A stretch of DNA of 64,000 nt from NCBI GenBank assembly GCA_963808625.1, contig CAWEHK010000008.1, positions 192,001 to 256,000 of the forward strand, read 5' to 3'. Under the pieces are notes generated by a model that worked only from the letters and a program-made list of their open reading frames with translations, made no database searches and was not told the origin of the DNA. Positions 31,310-41,823 of this stretch are shown piece after piece. How positions within the stretch are numbered: the first letter of the stretch is position 1; each line of letters opens with the position of its first letter. This stretch comes from an uncultured delta proteobacterium. GTDB lineage: Bacteria > Desulfobacterota > Syntrophobacteria > Syntrophobacterales > Syntrophobacteraceae. The position numbers and the translations under genes were made by a program.

Positions 31310-32377
31310 ATGTTTGAATTTACAATAGCTGGTGTTACAAGCCCCTGGTTTCTGCTGGTACTTACCGGGTTCACCGTGGGCATAGTGGGCGGCTTCATCG
31401 GGGTCGGCGGCGGCTACATGGTGACGCCGGCCCTCATCGTTTTCGGATTTCCGGGCTACATGGCCTCGGGCATCGACATGACGCATATCGCGGGTAAATC
31501 GGTCATTGCCACCGTCAGGCACCGGCAGATGGGCAACATCGACTGGGTCCTTGGTCTGGCCATGGTGGGCGGCACCATGTTGGGCGTGGAGATCGGCGTC
31601 ACTTTGCTCAGCTGGGCCAAGGCCCTGGGAATAGCCGGAGTTCTGCTCCTGATCTGCTCCCTGGTGGTCATGCTGAGTCTCTTCTTTTACACCCAGATTG
31701 AAACCGCCAAGGCTCAGAAGAAGATCCGGCAGGATTCCGCGGCGGGCATCGAGCACGGCCGAGAGGTCATGGTCAGCAAAGTCCCCATGTTTTTTCAAAA
31801 CATTCCCCTCTATCCCATCGTGCGCTGCCGCACCGCCCGCCTGGTCATCTCCATGTGGGTGATTGTCATCGTCGGCATCGTCACGGGGGTCCTTTCCGGC
31901 TTCCTGGGGGTCGGGGGCGGTTTCGTGCGCGTGCCGGCCCTGGTCTACATTGTGGGTGCGACCACCCACATCGCGGTGGGCACCGACCTGCTCGAGATTG
32001 CCGTCTCCGGCGGCTACGGGGCCATGAGGCACTCCCAGATGGGCAACGTGGACATGATCGCCGTCCTCTTCATGATCATCGGCGCCATGGTCGGGGCCCA
32101 GTTCGGCAGCATCGCCACCTCCTACGTGCGCGGTCCGGCCATTCGGTACATCCTCAGTTACTCGCTGGTTCTGGCCTGCGTGGGAGCAGGTTTTCGGCTG
32201 GTTGACATGCTCACCGGCCAGCAGTACGAGATCCTTCAATTCTTCGCCATCGTCTTCACCCTGGGGGAGATGTTCTTCCTCTGCTTCTTCATTGTGAGCC
32301 TGGTGATCTTCGCCGTGCGTTACCGCAACGGCAAGTCGGTGCCTGACTGGATTCCCTCACTGGTGGTCAAGGAATAG
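31310..32377 (+). CDS. TauE/SafE (TSUP) family transporter 1
   Basis: GFTVGIVGGFIGVGGG...P, RHRQMGNID, GFLGVGGGFVRVPAL...AVGTDL. Confidence 0.92.
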   Translation: MFEFTIAGVTSPWFLLVLTGFTVGIVGGFIGVGGGYMVTPALIVFGFPGYMASGIDMTHIAGKSVIATVRHRQMGNIDWVLGLAMVGGTMLGVEIGVTLLSWAKALGIAGVLLLICSLVVMLSLFFYTQIETAKAQKKIRQDSAAGIEHGREVMVSKVPMFFQNIPLYPIVRCRTARLVISMWVIVIVGIVTGVLSGFLGVGGGFVRVPALVYIVGATTHIAVGTDLLEIAVSGGYGAMRHSQMGNVDMIAVLFMIIGAMVGAQFGSIATSYVRGPAIRYILSYSLVLACVGAGFRLVDMLTGQQYEILQFFAIVFTLGEMFFLCFFIVSLVIFAVRYRNGKSVPDWIPSLVVKE

Positions 32378-32412
32378 TCATTCTCTTCAACCTTACTAGG
32401 AGGTAAAGCGCA

Positions 32413-32520
32413 ATGGGATGGTTCTGGAATAGTATGATCGGTTATTGGATCGGCCTGCTCCTCATTTCCTGCGGGATTGCGGCGGCCATTTACATGATAT
32501 GGCTTCGAGGATTACTATAA
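32413..32520 (+). CDS. 35-aa single-TM peptide
   Basis: GGAGG RBS; MGWFWNSMIGYWIGLLLISCGIAAAIYMIWLRGLL; fills the operon gap; below the ORF-track cutoff. Confidence 0.6.
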   Translation: MGWFWNSMIGYWIGLLLISCGIAAAIYMIWLRGLL

Positions 32521-32535
32521 GGGGGAAAATAAGCC

Positions 32536-32727
32536 ATGCAAATGATGATCAATTTGGTACTATACGGGTTCCTAGCATTTATGATCTACGAGTCCGTCTT
32601 TATCGCAGAGGATTACTTTATGACCTTCTGTGTGGTGTTCGTCATTGTGGTGGCGGTCATCACCAAGCTCATGCCCAGTCTTCATGTGGATAAGTGCTAC
32701 CCCGGTGAGTATCCATTCGACGACTGA
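32536..32727 (+). CDS. 63-aa two-TM membrane protein
   Basis: Hydrophobic ORF; stop overlaps the next ATG (TGATG). Confidence 0.65.
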   Translation: MQMMINLVLYGFLAFMIYESVFIAEDYFMTFCVVFVIVVAVITKLMPSLHVDKCYPGEYPFDD

Positions 32728-33389
32728 TGACCGTTAAACCCATGGCAACGGATCTTGAACCCCTGCGCAGGGGGATCATAACGCTTTACGAGAAGCGGAA
32801 GATCGGCGACCTGACGGAAAAGAAGTTTCAGGCTCAGCTCGCCGAAAAGACGGTGGACCTCTACCGGGCCCTCGTGCGAGACCGGATGGCGGATGGGGAG
32901 GAAATCCAGCTTGAGCACCACACGATCCTCTCCCATCTCAAGCTCACCAAGTCCGTCCTTCGCGAACCGGAACAGTTCGCCACCAGCCTGTTCGCCACCG
33001 ACCGGAGGCTCTTCCGCGTCCGCGCCACGGTGATCATTACCAAGCCCCCGACGGGGGACAAGCGGGATCAGACCGAGGTGGATGCGCTTTCTTACAAGCG
33101 CATGGCGTCGCTCAAGGTCCATCGCGAGATCCGGTGGGGCGAAGCCGGCGTGGGCGCTGGCTTCGCGGCCATCGGGGCCTTCTTCGCCCCCTGGCTCGAC
33201 ATCACCGGACCCTTTGTGATCGGCTTCGGCGTGTTGGGCATCTTGCACGCCTTTATCATTCCCACCCGCTGGATGGAGGTGGTGCCCGAGAACCCGATTC
33301 CCGATATGGATCCGATGAACATCAACGTGCTGAGAAAAAAGAGTGCCAAGGCTCTCGTGCGGTTCCTCCGGGAGAAACTGGAGCGGTGA
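32727..33389 (+). CDS. Hypothetical membrane protein (bPH-like soluble domain plus 2 TM)
   Basis: 220 aa, translationally coupled on both sides; LFATDRRLF resembles bacterial PH domains. Confidence 0.7.
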   Translation: MTVKPMATDLEPLRRGIITLYEKRKIGDLTEKKFQAQLAEKTVDLYRALVRDRMADGEEIQLEHHTILSHLKLTKSVLREPEQFATSLFATDRRLFRVRATVIITKPPTGDKRDQTEVDALSYKRMASLKVHREIRWGEAGVGAGFAAIGAFFAPWLDITGPFVIGFGVLGILHAFIIPTRWMEVVPENPIPDMDPMNINVLRKKSAKALVRFLREKLER

Positions 33390-33788
33390 TGGAAGGGATC
33401 AAGGTTCTTCTCGTAGACGATGAAGTCGAGTTCACCGCCAGCATGCGCAGGGTCCTGGCGCGGCGGGGATTCGAGGTGGACGTTGCCGATGACGGCCTGG
33501 CCGCGCTTCCCATGATGGCGCAGAAGCGTTTTGACGTCGTCGTGCTCGACATCAAAATGCCCGGCATGGATGGAATCAGTGTGCTCGCGCGAAATCAAGC
33601 GCCTTTACCCGGACACCCAGGTGATCATGCTCACCGGGCACTTCTCTTTCGATGGGGAAGAGGACCCTGCGCAACCCGGGGCCTTCGCCCACCTGCTGAA
33701 GCCCATTCCCATCATGAAGCTGGTGGACATCATCCGGGACGCTGCCGTTCATGCCAAAACGGTCCCCGGTGGAGGTGCAAGATCCTGA
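33389..33788 (+). CDS. Single-domain response regulator (frameshift ~33588)
   Basis: VLLVDDEVEF...VVLDIKMPGMDG / VIMLTGH...LLKP. Confidence 0.85.
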
Positions 33789-34260
33789 GGGATTGAAGCT
33801 CCTGGCCTTCGCATTGGAACCCCCCCCCCGCTCCTGCTATTCTCCCTCTGCGCCTCCCGACCGCCTTTACGCCTCTTGCGGGGTGTGATACAGAAGTGGG
33901 GGATAGAAGAGCACGAAGTGAGGAAAGAGCAGGGAATTTGTAATGGTCGGGCACGGTAAAGGTGTGCCAGGATTCCTCCTAGAATTGAAGCTGCGGCGAT
34001 CAAAGGGTGAGGCGCAGTTGCTACATTTTGAAGCCGGCCGAGACGATACTGGCCCATTCACAACTGCAAGTGAAGGTTCAGCATGGGGTCAAACGTTTCG
34101 AACTATAATTTCTTCCTGCCCCTCGTCCCCGGTCAGGTTCGTGGTAAAAAAACCTTTGTTCACACTATGGGCTTCCGTCGGGTTAATGACAACTCGGCTA
34201 GTCAAATGTCGGTGATTACCGCAATCAACCACCAGCGACAACTATTAAGAGAATGGGAAC

Positions 34261-36930
34261 ATGGAATCTGCGAAACCGGTTGAAACTGAAGCCTCGGAAG
34301 CCCGTCCCTGGCATGCAAGAGCCTGGTCGGGTTTTCTCAATTTCCTGGAAATCATCGGCATACTGAAAGGACAGGACGTGGACCAGGCGGCCCAGGTCGC
34401 CAGGCTCAGGCTTTATCACACCGAGTTCCGCAAGCTCCTGTCGGCCAACAACAGCTTCCTGGAGAACCTCGGCGATCTCGATCAGAAGCTTCACGGTAGC
34501 GAACTCGTCGACCGCGCCTTCGTGAAGAGCAAGGTCGTGCGGCTCATCACCGATATCCACGGCATGGTGGAGAGCATCAATGTCATAGCGGGGGATCGCT
34601 ATGGAGCATTACGCGACGCATTCGACCGAATATCAGCCCCGGTTGGCCTGCTGCTGGAAGAAGCCACCGAATCCCCCGGAAGCGAACTGGTCTTGGACCT
34701 CCCCTCGCTGACAACGGCGCAGGCCGAGCTGGCCGGCGGGAAAATGGCCAACTTGAGCGAAGTGGCCAACGGTATGGGCCTGCCCACCCCGGATGGCTTT
34801 GTGGTGACGACCGAGGGTTTCCGGGTGCTGGTGGAGGAGGGCGGTATCCGCTCCTGGCTCCAGAACCGGCACCTCGAAATCGAGTCCGCCCAGGATCTCG
34901 ATGAGATCAGTGCGGAACTGCAGGATCGTATCCTGGGCCTCGAAATTCCCTCTCGACTGCAGGAAGGAATCCTGTCCGCCTATGACCGCCTGGTTGAACG
35001 AACTGGGGAGCCGATGCCTGCCGCTGTCCGATCGAGCGCCGTCGGCGAGGATAGTGACTTTTCCTTTGCCGGCCAATTTCTTTCGGTGCTTAACGTTCCC
35101 AGAGACGAACTCTGCCAGGCCTATCTGCGGGTGGCTGCCAGCCTTTATTCACCGGAAGCCATGCATTACCGGTTCCTGCACGGCATCCCCGGAGAATCCG
35201 CTCAAATGGCGGTGGGATGCATCGGGATGGTGAATGCCGCGGCCAGTGGGGTGGTCTTTTCGCGCGATCCCAACCGGCCCGACTCCGGCAAGGTTTTGAT
35301 CCATGCCATCAAGGGGGTGGGAGTCCTGCTCGTGGATGGGCGTACCTCCCCCGAAGTGCTGGAGGTTTCACGGGATCTCGATGATAAGCAAGTCTTACGG
35401 AGCCCCTCTTCCCAGCTCAGCCGGCTGGTGCTCTCCCCGACATCCGGCCTGAAAGAAGAGGACTTACCGCCGGGAGAAGCCCATAAGCCATGCATTACCG
35501 ACGACCAGGCGGTGCAGCTGGCGACGTGGGCGCTGGAACTGGAAGCCCATTTCGGGAGCACTCAGGATCTGGAATGGGCGCTTGATGAGGAAGGAAGGCT
35601 CATTCTGCTGCAGTCGAGGCCCCTCAGCCTTTCCGCGCAGTCGAGCCGCACCGAAAAACCGATCCCCGGCTGCACGCTTCTGGTGGAGGGCGGCGAAGTC
35701 GGCTGCCCCGGCATCGGGATCGGCCCCGCTGTCCACATGTCCCAGGATGACGACCTGGAATCCTTTCCGGATGGTGCCGTGCTCGTGGCGAGAAGGTCCT
35801 CCCCGCGGTTTGTGCGCCTGATGTCCAAGGCGAGGGCGATCGTGACCGACGCCGGCAGCACCACCGGGCACATGGCGTCTCTCGCCCGGGAACTCAGAGT
35901 CCCTACCCTGCTCAACACCAGGACGGCCGTCTCGTCCATTCCCAACGGCACCCTGGTCACCGTTGACGCCAGCAGCGGGTTCGTTTACGAAGGAGAAGTC
36001 CCGGCTCTGGCCGAGAAGCAGGCTACAGCTCTGGAAGAAGGAGAATTCTCCGGCAGAAGAAAGCTGACGCCCGGCTATCAACTGCTCGCAAAAGCGGTCG
36101 AGCTCATCGCGCCGCTCCACCTCACCAACCCTGCCGGGGGCGGTTTTTCCGCCAAAGGGTGCCTCACCCTGCACGATATCGCCCGCTACGTCCACGAAAA
36201 ATCCTACCAGGAAATGTTCATGCTCAGCGACAATGTGGGAGATCTCCGCGCCGCCAGCTATCACCTCGATGTGTTTCTGCCTATTGATCTCTACATCATC
36301 GACCTCGGCGGCGGTCTCGAAGGGGACCTCTCGCATCGCAAGGTCAAACGCGCCCAGGTGATTTCCGTGCCGCTCAAGGCGGTGCTGGACGGCATGATGC
36401 ACAAGAAGATCCAAAGGTTTGGAGCAAAACCCATGGACTTCAGCGGTTTCTTCAACATCATGATGCGGCACGCCACATCCAGCCCCGAGGAGGACGCCTC
36501 CTTCCGGGCCCCCTGCTACGCCATCATCTCCGACAAATATCTGAATTACGCCGCCCGGGTCGGCTACCACTTCAGCGTGGTGGACAGCTACTGCGGGCTG
36601 ACCCAGAACAAGAATTACATCAGTCTGGTCTTTCACGGCGGGGCCGCCGACTATACGCGCAGGGCGCGGAGAGTACGGGCCATTGGCGAGATCCTCAAGG
36701 AGCATGGCTTCACGGTAAAGGTCGACCAGGACCGGGTCCATGCCCGCCTGGCCAAGACCACCCAGGAAGATACCGTGAAGCATTTGGAGATGATCGGTTC
36801 CCTCTTCCAGTTCTTCCGGCAGATGGATGCGGCTATGACCAGCGACGCGGCCGTTGCCATTTACCGGGATGCGTTTCTGCGAGGCGATTACGGTCTGGAA
36901 GAAATCACTGGGAAGGGAACATCCCAGTAA
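34261..36930 (+). CDS. PEP-synthase-like dikinase 1 (ATP-grasp plus swivelling His domain plus uncharacterised C-terminal domain)
   Basis: GGKMANL, PDGFVV, AVRSSA.GED...SFAGQF, QDLEWA...LQSRP, GSTTGHMASLARE; no PEP-binding barrel motifs. Confidence 0.88.
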   Translation: MESAKPVETEASEARPWHARAWSGFLNFLEIIGILKGQDVDQAAQVARLRLYHTEFRKLLSANNSFLENLGDLDQKLHGSELVDRAFVKSKVVRLITDIHGMVESINVIAGDRYGALRDAFDRISAPVGLLLEEATESPGSELVLDLPSLTTAQAELAGGKMANLSEVANGMGLPTPDGFVVTTEGFRVLVEEGGIRSWLQNRHLEIESAQDLDEISAELQDRILGLEIPSRLQEGILSAYDRLVERTGEPMPAAVRSSAVGEDSDFSFAGQFLSVLNVPRDELCQAYLRVAASLYSPEAMHYRFLHGIPGESAQMAVGCIGMVNAAASGVVFSRDPNRPDSGKVLIHAIKGVGVLLVDGRTSPEVLEVSRDLDDKQVLRSPSSQLSRLVLSPTSGLKEEDLPPGEAHKPCITDDQAVQLATWALELEAHFGSTQDLEWALDEEGRLILLQSRPLSLSAQSSRTEKPIPGCTLLVEGGEVGCPGIGIGPAVHMSQDDDLESFPDGAVLVARRSSPRFVRLMSKARAIVTDAGSTTGHMASLARELRVPTLLNTRTAVSSIPNGTLVTVDASSGFVYEGEVPALAEKQATALEEGEFSGRRKLTPGYQLLAKAVELIAPLHLTNPAGGGFSAKGCLTLHDIARYVHEKSYQEMFMLSDNVGDLRAASYHLDVFLPIDLYIIDLGGGLEGDLSHRKVKRAQVISVPLKAVLDGMMHKKIQRFGAKPMDFSGFFNIMMRHATSSPEEDASFRAPCYAIISDKYLNYAARVGYHFSVVDSYCGLTQNKNYISLVFHGGAADYTRRARRVRAIGEILKEHGFTVKVDQDRVHARLAKTTQEDTVKHLEMIGSLFQFFRQMDAAMTSDAAVAIYRDAFLRGDYGLEEITGKGTSQ

Positions 36931-37085
36931 AGGCGGGCATGGGTGCGTGCGTGGAGCCCCTCTCAGGACCTTGCCGGCGCTGATAAGGGGCTCACACTCT
37001 GGAAACTGGAAAAGGTCTCGCAATGACAACCCGAATCTCTGCCAAGCGTGAAGCCTGAGACGTATCGGCCCATACCAGGCCGGAT

Positions 37086-37568
37086 TCAGACCACCGTGAC
37101 AGGGCAGCCGGCATTTGCGATTAAATCCTCCACCGGCGCTCCGAAGAATTTCTTCACCCATTCAGGTCTTTTTGACCGTGTGGTCACAATAAGAGATGGC
37201 TTCACCCGCTCCACGATCTCAAGGCACACGACCGCAAAGCGGCCGATCTGGATGTGCGTCTGCACTTCAATTCCTTCTTTTTGAGCCCTCGCAATGATCG
37301 CCTCCACATGCTCCCGGCCGGCTTTCTCATGCTGCTCCAGCAGACCTGACTCGCAAGACTCCCTCAACTCACCAAAGAGCCCCAGGTCGACGTCCACAAA
37401 GTAGCGCGCTAAATTGACGTCCGCGACATAAACGACCGCTAGTCTCTTAACCTCTCGAGATTTTTCAATGGCGGTGTCGATGGCCTTCTCAGATTGCCTG
37501 AACGTCGAGAGGGCCAACATCACACAGCCTTCCATGTTCCTGGTTGCACTGTCAGGTGCTTGCGCCAT
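37086..37568 (-). CDS. Universal stress protein
   Basis: USP fold pattern (MLALSTF...VVYVAD...IV..T.S...FFG...E.LI..A.CPV.VV). Confidence 0.8.
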   Translation of the reverse strand: MAQAPDSATRNMEGCVMLALSTFRQSEKAIDTAIEKSREVKRLAVVYVADVNLARYFVDVDLGLFGELRESCESGLLEQHEKAGREHVEAIIARAQKEGIEVQTHIQIGRFAVVCLEIVERVKPSLIVTTRSKRPEWVKKFFGAPVEDLIANAGCPVTVV

Positions 37569-38066
37569 GACTTCCTCCTCAATCCAAAGAAGTGGTAAGT
37601 GGTGAATTGATTACGGGAAAACCAAACCCATAATCCGCGATAGCCTCCCGTGGGCTCACCTTCCTCCTTTCTCAGGCCAAGGGAACTGGTTCGGTCGCCC
37701 TCCCTGGGTCAGTGCGTTTCAGAAGAATCGCGTCCCATTTAAAACTTGCTTCCACCTGTTGATGCTATGCACTTGTGCAGGTACGGCAAAAGCGCTTGAA
37801 TCGAGATCTCAGCTTCAATCGATAAGTGAGGTTCCGGACGTCGCGGAGACGCTTCCTGGCAAGAACCCTGCATATCTCCATGCGGACGAACGGACGATGC
37901 GTGAAGTTTGCGTGTCCCATTCATTATCCACATAAATGGATATTTTCTCAATGGCTTCTTTGCAGTGTGGGTCCTATTCTTTAGAAGTTTGAGGCATCGG
38001 TGCCAGGATATTTCCCGGGATTATGCATTTTATGCATTCACGGTTGCGCCGAAAGAGAAGAGCCTG

Positions 38067-38575
38067 CCTGACCGATCCGACCTCGGGGGCCTTTCGGCCG
38101 ACGCCGCCAGCGTCAAGGACATGGCCCCATACATCCTCGAGAAATCGTATCACGAGATGTTCATGCTGGGTGAAAACGCAGGCGATCTTGGGCTCCCCGC
38201 TCCCCCTGGACAGCTGTCTGCCAATCGGCATGTATCCATTGATCTAGGGGGCTGATCCCGGGGACTGCGAGCAAGCCAAGGCAGAACGCGCTCAAATCGG
38301 CTCGACCCCCTGCAGGTGCGGAGGGTACGCACTATTGCGGGTAACTCGACGAGTAAGAAGATTCAGCGTAAAGGTCAATCAGGACGGAGCGGCTAAACGC
38401 CAGCCTGAATAAGCCAAGCAGGGAGGAAGCGGTAACACATCTCGAGATGATCGGCTCACTCCTGCAGTTTTTCAGGCAAATGGACGCGGCCATGACCAGC
38501 GACGAAGCCTTGACCATCATAAAGGACGATTTGAGAGGTGATTATGGCCTGGAGGAAATTGCCGGGAAGAAGTAA
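38067..38575 (+). pseudogene. Decayed, internally deleted copy of the dikinase 3' region
   Basis: EKSYHEMFMLGENAGDL and HLEMIGSLLQFFRQMDAAMTSD...RGDYGLEEIAGK* match 36120-36930; stops and frameshifts lie between them. Confidence 0.8.
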
Positions 38576-38579
38576 ACGA

Positions 38580-38981
38580 CTAGGTCTTTTCAGCAACGTC
38601 CAGGACACAGCATTTCCGCTCGTAGGCGTCTTCGATACACGAGACCAGATTGTCGATGGGGCAGGGCTTCAGCAAGACCTCGGCGCAGCCGTCCTTAAGG
38701 GCCTGAGACACCTGTTTGATATCGATATGACCCGATAAAAAGATCACCGGAGTCACAGCATCCCGCTCCCTCATCGCCTTGAAGGTTGCAATCCCATCCA
38801 TCCCGGGCATTCGCACATCGAGAACGATAACATCGACCTCCTCTTTGGACAGCAGTTCCAGCGCGGCTGCCCCATTCGGAGCGCTCTGCACCACCATTCC
38901 CCTTCTCCGGAGGACTCTGGTCAGCGAGTCAACAAAGATCTGTTCATCATCAATCAGTAGCACACGTATGGGATCAGACAT
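38580..38981 (-). CDS. Single-domain response regulator
   Basis: LLIDDEQ...VLDVRMPGMDG...FLSGH...LLKP. Confidence 0.92.
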   Translation of the reverse strand: MSDPIRVLLIDDEQIFVDSLTRVLRRRGMVVQSAPNGAAALELLSKEEVDVIVLDVRMPGMDGIATFKAMRERDAVTPVIFLSGHIDIKQVSQALKDGCAEVLLKPCPIDNLVSCIEDAYERKCCVLDVAEKT

Positions 38982-38992
38982 TTTCGTTCACC

Positions 38993-39400
38993 TTAAGGAC
39001 CTTTCCCTTCCTGCATTAGCTTTCGCTCAAAGGCCTCGTCGATTTTTTCCTGCAGCTCGCTGATCTGGATCGGCTTCATGGCGTAATCAAAAGCGCCGAT
39101 GTTCATCCCCTGAATTCCCGTTTCCACCGAGCCATGGCCGGTAAGGATGATGACTTCCATCAGCGGCCGTTTCCTCTTCATCACTTTCAGAGCGGCAATA
39201 CCGTCCATTCCCGGCATGCGCAGGTCGAGCATGGCGACGTCGTATTCCTCGTCTTCGATGGCCCTGACCGCGCTCTCGCCATCGTTTACGGCGCTGACAT
39301 CATATCCCCTTCTGGAAAGGAGCTTGGACATGTTGGCGGTAAAGGCAACCTCATCATCAACCAGCAAAATCCTTGCTTTCCTCATCTCAATTTCCTCCAT
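38993..39400 (-). CDS. Single-domain response regulator
   Basis: LLVDDE...[11 protein letters not shown]...ILTGHG...AFDY.MKP. Confidence 0.92.
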   Translation of the reverse strand: MEEIEMRKARILLVDDEVAFTANMSKLLSRRGYDVSAVNDGESAVRAIEDEEYDVAMLDLRMPGMDGIAALKVMKRKRPLMEVIILTGHGSVETGIQGMNIGAFDYAMKPIQISELQEKIDEAFERKLMQEGKGP

Positions 39401-41170
39401 GAATGCCGTCCGCGCTTCCGTGGCGATCCCCAGACGACCTGAAGGGGAGGAAAATCGTGAACTCGGTTCCCTTCCCGACCTCGCTCTGTACCGTAATGAC
39501 CCCGCCCAGTTCTTTGATAATGTTGTACGAGATCGACAAGCCCCAACCCGGTTCCTTTGCCCACCGGTTTGGTGGTGAAGAAAGGATCGAATATTTTCTC
39601 GAGAACTTCACGGGGCATACCGGAACCGGTATCGGCAAACCTGATCTCACACCCTGCCCGGCTTTGTCATTGGCGCGCGTGGCTCACGCGGATGGTTCCA
39701 TAGGGCTTTCCGTCATGAGCATCGATGGCATTTGCAGCCAGGTTCACAAAGACCTGCTGAAGCTGGGAAGCATCGGTCAGGACTTTGGGCAGATCCTTAT
39801 CCAGATCGGTGACAAATTCGACCCCACTCGATTTGCCTCTCTTTTCCAGCAGATCAACGACTTCCTGCAGACAGCCATTGAGATCGACCATTTCCGTCAC
39901 CGCCTGCGAACGCCGGGCAAAGCGCAAAAGATTGTGGGTAATGTGATTGCAGCGCTGAACCTGATTTTCAATTTGGGTTAAGGATTCAGACAATTCTGCT
40001 TTGAACTCGCCGTTGAGATCCGGATAATCCCCGCTGACATCCCGCACAATCTGGCTTTCCGTAAGAATAATGGCCAGCGGATTGTTGATTTCGTGCGCCA
40101 CACCCGCGGCCAGCTCGCCCAGCGAGGCCAGTTTGCTGGCCTGCATGAGTTGCCGGTTAAGATGTTCCGCTTCTTCATCCCGCTTCCGGATCACCCCGAT
40201 CATGTGCTTGGTCGTAATGAAAGAAACGACCAGAATGGCCAGCACGCTCAGGTGAATGAAGACCAACGCCAGGGTGTTGGCATGGTTGACGTCGCCAAAG
40301 GCTTCCGCATAATCCTGCTTGACGATGAGCACCCAGCGAGGTTCTTTGAGCCACGCGTAGCCCACTACCTGGGAGGGTTGCTTCTGATAGGTGCTGATCT
40401 CTCTCGGTTCCAGGACCCGAACCCCCCCTTCACCCGGCAAAGGATGCCACCGGCAGGGGCGATCGCTCCATGATCTTGCCGCCGAAGCGAGGGCTGGTTT
40501 GATAGACGCCCTCGCCGTTCACAATGAACACTTCACCGGTTTCACCGAGTTTGATGTTGCCAAGGAGTGAGTCCAGGAACTCGTTTTCCATGGTCGCTCG
40601 TAAAATCCATTTTCGGCCTCCTTCCGACCACAGGAAGCCGATGATAAAGTGAGGCGTCTTGCGATATCCGGTAAACATGTCACTGACGTAGAACCCTCCT
40701 TTCGCCATCAGTTCCTTAAACCAGAAGGTCACAGAGTAGTCCTTATCCATCAGATCATACGGCCCCACATAGGCCACATGCTTGCCCTGGTCATTGATGA
40801 GCCCGAGATCCATGAAGTAGGAATCTTCCCGATTCAGGTTATCGAGAACGCGCTGAAGGTTTGAACGGTCCCCAAGATAGTCCACGGAATGGGTCGAGGC
40901 CGTCAATTGGAGGTCGGAAGTGCGCTCTTTCAGAAACAGTTCGATCAGTTTTCGATTGTACTCTACCCGCCGGTAGAAGAAATCTTCCATTCGCGAAAAG
41001 GCAAAGTTGGAGTAGTTCGAGTAAATGACCCACCCCACCAGAAGCATGGGAAGCACGGAACAGATCAACGTGAGCAGGATGAAGCGGCGATAGAGACTGG
41101 AATAGGATTTCTTGTGCAACTCCCCGGTATGCTGGTGGGAATCGGCGGCAATGTTCAGTTCACGGCTCAT
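39387..41170 (-). CDS. Membrane Cache-domain histidine kinase (frameshifts ~40435, ~39672, ~39535)
   Basis: TM, YVGPYDL...[44 protein letters not shown] spread over four ORFs. Confidence 0.85.
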
Positions 41171-41265
41171 CTAACCCCCACAACCCGTTCGGCCGCAACG
41201 AGGTAAGGGAACTTTGTCGCAGGGGCAAGTCCCAAACCCGTCACAACCATATTATCATTAATCCC

Positions 41266-41281
41266 TGCAACCCTCATGCCC
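41266..41281 (-). promoter_or_regulatory. Putative sigma-54 promoter
   Basis: GGGCATGAGGGTTGCA = GG-N10-GC with TTGC, ~95 bp upstream of the kinase ATG. Confidence 0.55.
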
Positions 41282-41316
41282 CGGAGGGTCGCAAAGAACC
41301 ATGAAAGCCTCGGCCT

Positions 41317-41739
41317 GTCATTTCCCCGCGCTTTAGCGGGAATCGATTCCGCCCTTGGCGGAACGGGACGTCTGACATGGACGTGTGCGGGGGATGACTG
41401 CTTGGCAGCTGTCATATAAGCAGGTTAAATTCAGCATGAAATCATATCTGCAAAGCGCTATGTTTTAGCAAGCCATTTCCTGCTTGCACCCGAATCGGAC
41501 GAACTGCTGCCTCCGCTTTCGAGCCGGCATTTACCAAAGTGCTTTGACCCTTCAAGTCCGTATTCCCATTTATGGCCTTTTTGTGGTTTAATGGTCAGGT
41601 GAAGAGCGATATTTTCTCTTTGCGAAAGTTGAAGCTACCAGCTCCACATAAACATGACTCCGGATTCAGATAAGTCATACGGGCGAAAGCCGGTACTCCA
41701 GGCAGTCTTCTGGATTCCGGTTCCACACGCGGGAATGAC
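41317..41739. repeat. Two degenerate GTCAT...ATGAC palindromic elements (41317-41398 and 41674-41739)
   Basis: Ends GTCATT../..GGATGAC and GTCATAC../GCGGGAATGAC, with internal GGGAATC/GGATTCC arms. Confidence 0.55.
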
Positions 41740-41823
41740 GCGCCGAGAGTCCTGTGGTCGCTTGGCTGTCGCTGGGGTCATTGACGAAGCCGCCTGTCAC
41801 AGAAAACACAGGATCGATGCAAT

